Of a DNA stretch of 64,000 nt, positions 54,381-64,000 are shown one piece after another. Numbering within the stretch: the stretch's first letter is position 1; every line of letters starts with the position of its first letter. Position numbers and translations under genes: made by a program. Below the pieces are notes generated by a model. The model made no database searches. It saw only the letters and a list, made by a program, of their open reading frames with translations, and had not been told where the DNA came from. This DNA is from Macrostomum lignano (Eukaryota), in contig NIVC01002250.1 of the NCBI GenBank assembly GCA_002269645.1, positions 1 to 64,000 on the forward strand, read 5' to 3'.

Positions 54381-56650
54381 AATGGGATTGATCAGCTGGG
54401 ATATGGGATTGATCAGCTGGGATATGGGATTGATCAGCTGGGATATGGGATTGATCAGCTGGGATATGGGATTGATCAGCTGGGATATGGGATTGATCAG
54501 CCGGGGGATGGGATTGATCAGCTGGGGGATGGGATTGATCAGCTGGGATATGGGATTGATCAGCTGGGATATGGGATTGATCAGCCGGGGGATGGGATTG
54601 ATCAGCTGGGGGATGGGATTGATCAGCTGGGATATGGGATTGATCACCTGGGATATGGGATTGATCAGCCGGGGGATGGGATTGATCAGCTGGGGGATGG
54701 GATTGATCAGCTGGGATAAGGGATTGATCAGCCGGGGGATGGGATTGATCAGCTGGGGATGGGATTGATCAGCTGGGGGATGGGATTGATCAGCTGGGAT
54801 ATGGGATTGATCAGCTGGGATATGGGATTGATCAGCCGGGGATGGGATTGATCAGCTGGGGGATGGGATTGATCAGCTGGGGGATGGGATTGATCAGCTG
54901 GGGGATGGGATTGATCAGCTGGGGATGGGATTGATCAGCTGGGGGATGGGATTGATCAGCTGGGATATGGGATTGATCAGCTGGGATATGGGATTGATCA
55001 GCCGGGGGATGGGATTGATCAGCTGGGGGATGGGATTGATCAGCTGGGAAATGGGATTGATCAGCTGGGATATGGGATTGATCAGCTGGGATATGGGATT
55101 GATCAGCCGGGGGATGGGATTGATCAGCTGGGGGATGGGATTGATCAGCTGGGATATGGGATTGATCAGCTGGGATATGGGATTGATCAGCCGGGGGATG
55201 GGATTGATCAGCTGGGGGATGGGATTGATCAGCTGGGATATGGGATTGATCAGCTGGGATATGGGATTGATCAGCCGGGGGATGGGATTGATCAGCTGGG
55301 GGATGGGATTGATCAGCTGGGGGATGGGATTGATCAGCTGGGGGATGGGATTGATCAGCTGGGGGATGGGATTGATCAGCTGGGGGATGGGATTGATCAG
55401 CTGGGATATGGGATTGATCAGCTGGGATATGGGATTGATCAGCCGGGGGATGGGATTGATCAGCTGGGGGATGGGATTGATCAGCTGGGATATGGGATTG
55501 ATCAGCTGGGATATGGGATTGATCAGCCGGGGGATGGGATTGATCAGCTGGGGGATGGGATTGATCAGCTGGGATATGGGATTGATCAGCTGGGATATGG
55601 GATTGATCAGCCGGGGGATGGGATTGATCAGCTGGGGGATGGGATTGATCAGCTGGGATATGGGATTGATCAGCTGGGATATGGGATTGATCAGCCGGGG
55701 GATGGGATTGATCAGCTGGGGGATGGGATTGATCAGCTGGGATAAGGGATTGATCAGCCGGGGGATGGGATTGATCAGCTGGGGGATGGGATTGATCAGC
55801 TGGGGGATGGGATTGATCAGCTGGGATATGGGATTGATCAGCTGGGATATGGGATTGATCAGCCGGGGGATGGGATTGATCAGCTGGGGGATGGGATTGA
55901 TCAGCTGGGGGATGGGATTGATCAGCTGGGATATGGGATTGATCAGCTGGGATATGGGATTGATCAGCCGGGGGATGGGATTGATCAGCCGGGGGATGGG
56001 ATTGATCAGCTGGGGGATGGGATTGATCAGCTGGGGGATGGGATTGATCAGCTGGGGGATGGGATTGATCAGCCGGGGGATGGGATTGATCAGCTGGGGG
56101 ATGGGATTGATCAGCTGGGGGATGGGATTGATCAGCTGGGATATGGGATTGATCAGCTGGGATATGGGATTGATCAGCCGGGGGATGGGATTGATCAGCT
56201 GGGATATGGGATTGATCAGCTGGGATATGGGATTGATCAGCCGGGGGATGGGATTGATCAGCTGGGGGATGGGATTGATCAGCTGGGGGATGGGATTGAT
56301 CAGCTGGGATATGGGATTGATCAGCTGGGATATGGGATTGATCAGCCGGGGGATGGGATTGATTAGCTGGGGGATGGGATTGATCAGCTGGGGGATGGGA
56401 TTGATCAGCTGGGATATGGGATTGATCAGCTGGGATATGGGATTGATCAGCCGGGGGATGGGATTGATCAGCTGGGGGATGGGATTGATCAGCTGGGGGA
56501 TGGGATTGATCAGCTGGGGGATGGGATTGATCAGCTGGGGGATGGGATTAATCAGCTGGGGGATGGGATTGATCAGCTGGGGGATGGGATTGATCAGCTG
56601 GGGGATGGGATTGATCAGCTGGGAAATGGGATTGATCAGCTGGGATATGG
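54381..56650. repeat. 21-bp intronic minisatellite (GGGATTGATCAGCTGGGATAT and variants)
   Basis: About 108 copies filling intron 54344-56702. Confidence 0.96.
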
Positions 56651-56702
56651 GATTGCTCACCACGAGCGTTATGGTAAAAAATATCCAAAACAGTAAACTC
56701 AC

Positions 56703-56900
56703 TTTGGTTTAAAAGCGGAAGCAATATTCTGCTTCTGTCGCTGATAGTAGGACTTCTGCGCATGAACGGCTAATTTTGTATCGCCAGCAACCGCGCCGCC
56801 GCCGCTGACTCCACTAAAGGCGCTGCCCTGGCTGCCGAACACGATGGGCTGCCGGCCACCCGGGTCGTTTTCGTCAGCGGCTCGGAGGGCGGCAGAATAT
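56703..56900 (-). CDS. Single-pass membrane protein, juxtamembrane cytoplasmic exon
   Basis: CTGCAG acceptor, GTGAGT donor. YSAALRAADENDPGGRQPIVFGSQG...KSYYQRQKQNIASAFKP, phase 2 to 2. Confidence 0.72.
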
Positions 56901-58025
56901 CTGCAGTTTGGAGTGATTGTCTGCGGTTTGGAGTGATTCTCTAGAGCTTTGAGTGATTCTCTGCGTTGTGTGCGGGATTCTCTGCGGTGTGTGCGGGATT
57001 CTCTGCGGTGTGTGCAGGATTCTCTGCGGTGTGTGTGGGATTCTCTGCGGTGTGTGCGGGATTCTCTGCGGTGCGTGCGGGATTCTCTGCGGTTTGGAGT
57101 GATTCTCTGCGGTTTGGAGTGATTCTCTGCAGCTTGGAGTGATTCTCTGCGGTGTGTGCGGGATTCTCTGTGGAGTGTGCGGGATTCTCTGTGGTGTGTG
57201 CAGGATTCTCTGTGGAGTGTGCGGGATTCTCTGTGGTGTGTGCGGGATTCTCTGCGGTGCGTGCGGGATTCTCTGCGATTTGGAGTGATTCTCTGCGATT
57301 TGGAGTGATTCTCTGCGATTTGGAGTGATTCTCTGCGATTTGGAGTGATTCTCTGCGATTTGGAGTGATTCTCTGCAGCTTGGAGTGATTCTCTGCGATT
57401 TGGAGTGATTCTCTGCAGCTTGGAGTGATTCTCTGCGGTGTGTGCGGGATTCTCTGTGGAGTGTGCGGGATTCTCTGCGGTGCGTGCGGGATTCTATGCG
57501 GTTTGGAGTGATTCTCTGCGGTTTGGAGTGATTCTCTGCAGCTTGGAGTGATTCTCTGCGGTGTGTGCGGGATTCTCTGTGGAGTGTGCGGGATTCTCTG
57601 CGGTGCGTGCGGGATTCTCTGCGGTTTGGAGTGATTCTCTGCAGCTTGGAGTGATTCTCTGCAGCTTGGAGTGATTCTCTGCGGTGTGTGCGGGATTCTC
57701 TGTGGAGTGTGCGGGATTCTCTGTGGTGTGTGCAGGATTCTCTGTGGAGTGTGCGGGATTCTCTGTGGTGTGTGCGGGATTCTCTGCGATTTGGAGTGAT
57801 TCTCTGCGATTTGGAGTGATTCTCTGCAGCTTGGAGTGATTCTCTGCGGTGTGTGCGGGATTCTCTGTGGAGTGTGCGGGATTCTCTGTGGTGTGTGCGG
57901 GATTCTCTGTGGAGTGTGCGGGATTCTCTGTGGTGTGTGCGGGATTCTCTGTGGTGTGTGCGGGATTCTCTGTGGAGTGTGCGGGATTCTCTACAGCTTA
58001 GAGTGACTCTCACAGCTCGGAGTGA
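56901..58025. repeat. ~20-21-bp intronic minisatellite (GATTCTCTGCGGTGTGTGCGG / GATTCTCTGCGATTTGGAGT)
   Basis: Read directly; abuts the acceptor of exon 56703-56900. Confidence 0.93.
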
Positions 58026-58311
58026 TATTTTACATTGATAAGATTCATTTGCTGGAGAGGGGTTATCGACTGGAAAAGATCAATCCTCTAAATACAGATT
58101 GTAAAGTTCAATAAAATATCACAAGCTCAGTAATCCAAGAAGTCATCCTGGGCTGACCAGCTCGGGAATGCGTGAGCTGTGAGACGAGTCAATTTAATTT
58201 TCTAATCTGTCAGTCTCCCCCTCTCCGAAGGGGATCAGAGCGCCGATCGGGTAATCCATTAGCTTGCATGTATGCTCCAATCAAACTGATTAAAGTCCGC
58301 AGTGAGCTTAC

Positions 58312-58424
58312 TTGTAGCAGAACACGGAGCCGACAATGATTAATGTGACAGCAATCAGAGTCAGTACGCCGATGGCCACTGGAATGTTTCGAAGTGACTC
58401 AGAATGATTTGGTTGATGATTTGT
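58312..58424 (-). CDS. Single-pass membrane protein, transmembrane exon
   Basis: TNHQPNHSESLRNIPVAIGVLTLIAVTLIIVGSVFCY with a ~24-aa hydrophobic helix. Branch-like AACTAAC, TAG acceptor, GTAAGC donor, phase 0 to 2. Confidence 0.75.
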
Positions 58425-58583
58425 CTATCAATTTGTTAGTTCGCTTGTGTACACATGCTTGACGATGAGTCAGGCCCGCTGTACACCCTGTGTGAGCGTG
58501 TGCATGCGTACAGTAACCGTGTCATTCAGGGGTCGGCAACTCCGGCCCGCGAGGCCTGTCTATCCGGTCCTCGGGTGCTTTGA

Positions 58584-59305
<722 letters not shown>

Positions 59306-59425
59306 CTGACGCAGTGCTCAGAGCGAACTAACTTGGTGACAGCTTGTATAAAACTTGCTGAACAAGTGAACGAATGTTGTTCTAATTCCAAGAAATAGAG
59401 AAATACACAATGCGTCAGTCCGTAC

Positions 59426-59548
59426 CATAGACAGAAATCTCGGAGCCCGACAGCTCCTGCTGATTCATCATCCTGGACCGCATGGGAACAACGTAGTCAG
59501 TGTCCGTCAGGTACTGCCTGTCGCTGGCTCGGCTGCCCGCTGGCTCGG
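59426..59548 (-). CDS. Single-pass membrane protein, putative extracellular exon
   Basis: TTGCAG acceptor, G|GTACGG donor. EPAGSRASDRQYLTDTDYVVPMRSRMMNQQELSGSEISVY, phase 1 to 1. Confidence 0.5.
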
Positions 59549-59614
59549 CTGCAACATTGGAACTCGCTGCTCAAGAGTCTGCTTGAACATGCTTTATTCA
59601 ATGGATTCTTGCAA

Positions 59615-60210
59615 GCTTGCAACCTTCACATCCCTGCAACCTTCACAACCCTGCAACCTTCACATCCCTGCAATCTTCACAACCCTGCAACCTTCACATC
59701 CCTGCAATCTTCACATTACTGTAAGCTTCACACTCCTGCAACCTTCACACCCCTGCAATCTTCACATCCCTGCAATCTTCACATCCCTGCAACCTTCACA
59801 ACCCTGCAACCTTCACATTCCTGCAACCTTCACATCCCTGCAACCTTCACATCCCTGCAATCTTCACATTACTGTAAGCTTCACATCCCTGCAACCTTCA
59901 CATTCCTGCAACCTTCACATCCCTGCAACCTTCACATCCCTGCAACCTTCACATCCCTGCAATCTTCACATTACTGTAAGCTTCACATCCCTGCAACCTT
60001 CACAACCCTGCAACCTTCACATTCCTGCAACCTTCACATTCCTGCAACCTTCACACCCCTGCAACCTTCACATCCCTGCAACCTTCACATTCCTGCAACC
60101 TTCACATCCCTACAATCTTCACATTCCTGCAACCTTCACATTCCTGCAACCTTCACACCCCTGCAACCTTCACATCCCTACAATAAAATTCCTATCCCTA
60201 CAAATAGATC
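59615..60210. repeat. 17-bp minisatellite (CTGCAACCTTCACATCC)
   Basis: Read directly. Confidence 0.9.
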
Positions 60211-60255
60211 CTGCAACTGATCCCCCTGAACCCCCCAGTCTCCCCTCCTCATCAC

Positions 60256-60408
60256 CAGCCGGCTGTGGCGGGGGCGACAGAGGACCCTCCTTAACGCCGG
60301 TCAGATTCCTGAACTCCGCGGCCGAGTTGGGTGCGCCAGAGGTGGCCAGCTGGTCAACGAGGCCGTCCTCAGCGGATGGCCCGGGGTCGACGGCTACTGC
60401 GGTTGCGA
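60256..60408 (-). CDS. Single-pass membrane protein, putative extracellular exon
   Basis: TTACAG acceptor, weaker G|GTGATG donor. ATAVAVDPGPSAEDGLVDQLATSGAPNSAAEFRNLTGVKEGP, phase 1 to 1. Confidence 0.45.
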
Positions 60409-60499
60409 CTGTAACGTAAGTTCACTGATCCAATTCGCTTAAATTTTTTATGCTTTTGAAAATTACGCCTATCACTAATGCTCCCCACTGAGGCACCGA

Positions 60500-61160
60500 A
60501 ACATTCCCCACACGGCCACTGAAACACCCCCACAGACACTGAAACACTCCCCCCACAGACACTGAAACACTCCCCCCACAGACACTGAAACACCCCCCAC
60601 AGACACTGAAACACTCCCCCCAGAGACACTGAAACACCCCCACAGACCCTGAAACACTCCCCCCAGACACTGAAACACCCCCCCCACAGACACTGAAACA
60701 CCGTACAGACGCTGAAATACCCTACAGACACTGAAACACCCCCACAGACACTGAAACACCCCCCCCCCACAGACACTGAAACACTTCCCCCACAGACACT
60801 GAAACACTCCCCCCAGAGACACTGAAAAACCCCCAGACACTGAAACACCCCCACAGACACTGAAACACACCCCAGACACTGAAACACCCCCACAGACACT
60901 GAAACACCCCCAGACACTGAAACACCCCCACAGACACTGAAACACACCCCAGACACTGAAACACCCCCAGACACACTGAAACACTCCCCCCCCCAAGACA
61001 CTGATTGAAACACCGTACAGACACTGAAGTACCCTACAGACACTGAAACACCCCACAGACGCTAAAACACTCCTCATAGACACTGAAACACCCCACAGAC
61101 GCTAAAACACTCCTCATAGACACTGAAACACCCCAACAGACACTGAAACACCCCCACGGA
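60500..61160. repeat. ~21-bp degenerate repeat (CAGACACTGAAACACCCCCCA)
   Basis: Read directly. Confidence 0.88.
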
Positions 61161-61708
61161 CAAGCACTAGTCAATACTCACAGCCGTGAAGCGCAACCGC
61201 CGCCAAACAGAGCCAGAGGAATATTAGCCGGCCGTAGCAGTCAGTTGCAGACTGCATTGCCGCCATAACCGTATGTGAAATCGCCGATAAACACAAGCCT
61301 GCGTTTCGCATGCAGATAAAGCATGCAGACCAGTGCAGTTTAAGAGCCTATCATCCGTCACTGCTAGTTGCAGCTGCTCTCATTTGATGGTTGGCATGCC
61401 GAGGACGGGAGGGGGCCGGCACGAAAGGGAGGCTGTCAGCTTCCGGACAGTCGGAGACCAACTCCCCCATGGGACCGAGGGAGAAGGGAAAGGCAGGAGG
61501 ACCTGGTCCGATTCTGCAGCCAAAATAAATCGATAGCTCCGTGCATAACACTGCAAATGGCCCACAGCCCAGCTCCAAATAACCGTATGAAAAAATTTCC
61601 AATCTGAACTACATATAGTGTTTTTTAACTAAATAGAGAAATCAATAGCAGCTCAAGCGAAGAGCCGCTCGTATTCCAGTCATTTTTAGGTATTAAATAG
61701 TCGTACTT

Positions 61709-64000
61709 GATACTGAACTGACAAGGCTATGGTAGATACTGAACTGACAAGGCTATGGTAGATACTGAACTGACAAGGCTATGGTAGATACTGAACTGAC
61801 AAGGCTATGGTAGATACTGAACTGACAAGGCTATGGTAGATACTGAACTGACAAGGCTATGGTAGATACTGAACTGACAAGGCTATGGTAGATACTGAAC
61901 TGACAAGGCTATGGTAGATACTGAACTGACAAGGCTATGGTAGATACTGAACTGACAAGGCTATGGTAGATACTGAACTGACAAGGCTATGGTAGATACT
62001 GAACTGACAAGGCTATGGTAGATACTGAACTGACAAGGCTATGGTAGATACTGAACTGACAAGGCTATGGTAGATACTGAACTGACAAGGCTATGGTAGA
62101 TACTGAACTGACAAGGCTATGGTAGATACTGAACTGACAAGGCTATGGTAGATACTGAACTGACAAGGCTATGGTAGATACTGAACTGACAAGGCTATGG
62201 TAGATACTGAACTGACAAGGCTATGGTAGATACTGAACTGACAAGGCTATGGTAGATACTGAACTGACAAGGCTATGGTAGATACTGAACTGACAAGGCT
62301 ATGGTAGATACTGAACTGACAAGGCTATGGTAGATACTGAACTGACAAGGCTATGGTAGATACTGAACTGACAAGGCTATGGTAGATACTGAACTGACAA
62401 GGCTATGGTAGATACTGAACTGACAAGGCTATGGTAGATACTGAACTGACAAGGCTATGGTAGATACTGAACTGACAAGGCTATGGTAGATACTGAACTG
62501 ACAAGGCTGTGGTAGATACTGAACTGACAAGGCTATGGTAGATACTGAACTGAAAAGGCTGTGGTAGATACTGAACTGACAAGGCTATGGTAGATACTGA
62601 ACTGACAAGGCTATGGTAGATACTGAACTGACAAGGCTATGGTAGATACTGAACTGACAAGGCTATGGTAGATACTGAACTGACAAGGCTATGGTAGATA
62701 CTGAACTGACAAGGCTATGGTAGATACTGAACTGACAAGGCTATGGTAGATACGCTCGTACTGAACTGACAAGGCTGTGGTAGATACTGAACTGACAAGG
62801 CTATGGTAGATACTGAACTGACAAGGCTATGGTAGATACGCTCGTACTGAACTGACAAGGCTGTGGTAGATACTGAACTGACAAGGCTGTGGTAGATACT
62901 GAACTGACAAGGCTATGGTAGATACTGAACTGACAAGGCTATGGTAGATACTGAACTGACAAGGCTATGGTAGATACTGAACTGACAAGGCTATGGTAGA
63001 TACTGAACTGACAAGGCTATGGTAGATACTGAACTGACAAGGCTGTGGTAGATACTGAACTGACAAGGCTATGGTAGATACTGAACTGACAAGGCTGTGG
63101 TAGATACTGAACTGACAAGGCTATGGTAGATACTGAACTGACAAGGCTATGGTAGATACTGAACTGACAAGGCTATGGTAGATACTGAACTGACAAGGCT
63201 ATGGTAGATACTGAACTGACAAGGCTATGGTAGATACTGAACTGACAAGGCTATGGTAGATACTGAACTGACAAGGCTATGGTAGATACTGAACTGACAA
63301 GGCTATGGTAGATACTGAACTGACAAGGCTATGGTAGATACTGAACTGACAAGGCTATGGTAGATACTGAACTGACAAGGCTATGGTAGATACTGAACTG
63401 ACAAGGCTATGGTAGATACTGAACTGACAAGGCTGTGGTAGATACTGAACTGACAAGGCTATGGTAGATACTGAACTGACAAGGCTGTGGTAGATACTGA
63501 ACTGACAAGGCTATGGTAGATACTGAACTGACAAGGCTATGGTAGATACTGAACTGACAAGGCTATGGTAGATACTGAACTGACAAGGCTATGGTAGATA
63601 CTGAACTGACAAGGCTATGGTAGATACTGAACTGACAAGGCTATGGTAGATACTGAACTGACAAGGCTATGGTAGATACTGAACTGACAAGGCTATGGTA
63701 GATACTGAACTGACAAGGCTATGGTAGATACTGAACTGACAAGGCTATGGTAGATACTGAACTGACAAGGCTATGGTAGATACTGAACTGACAAGGCTAT
63801 GGTAGATACTGAACTGACAAGGCTGTGGTAGATACTGAACTGACAAGGCTATGGTAGATACTGAACTGACAAGGCTGTGGTAGATACTGAACTGACAAGG
63901 CTATGGTAGATACTGAACTGACAAGGCTATGGTAGATACTGAACTGACAAGGCTATGGTAGATACTGAACTGACAAGGCTATGGTAGATACTGAACTGAC
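61709..64000. repeat. 26-bp homogeneous satellite (GATACTGAACTGACAAGGCTATGGTA) running off the window
   Basis: Period 26, about 88 copies, very few variants. Confidence 0.97.

Noticed and set aside
60258-60414. Alternative + strand exon ending ...GYCGCDCN with a strong GTAAGT donor
   Set aside because: No partner + strand exons were found, whereas the minus-strand reading fits the phase chain leading to the TM exon. Not fully excluded.
61709-64000. Regular short repeats that could be taken for a CRISPR array (also 6130-6830 and 30865-31206)
   Set aside because: Units are directly adjacent with no unique spacers, there are no cas genes, and the context is eukaryotic.

Overview
Eukaryotic (metazoan) genomic DNA with GC-rich exons and roughly half its length in micro/minisatellites. 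The poly-Q-rich exons and GACA/GATA/minisatellite load suggest a flatworm such as Macrostomum, but that is inference only. Four protein-coding genes can be assembled by hand: (1) the 3' part of a SynGAP/DAB2IP/RASAL2-family RasGAP (+, eight phase-consistent exons, 258-12352); (2) a complete 4-exon CFAP20/Bug22 (-, 17578-16169); (3) a neprilysin/M13-like gene with an intronless ORF lacking the HEXXH zinc motif (-, 28278-30527); (4) the 3' end of an unidentified single-pass membrane protein (-, seven phase-consistent exons, 60408-53932). The most notable locus is 19.8-26.3 kb. A divergent but structurally compensated U2 snRNA gene, with branch-recognition GUAGUU instead of GUAGUA, is followed by a 5'-truncated RLE-type (Utopia-like) non-LTR retrotransposon. 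Its 3' end joins a second U2 copy exactly at the UCUGUUCUU target site, in a duplication that leaves one U2 gene intact. A short LINE fragment with a 14-bp target-site duplication sits in a RasGAP intron. Most long ORFs in the supplied track are tandem-repeat artefacts. No tRNA, rRNA or CRISPR array was seen.
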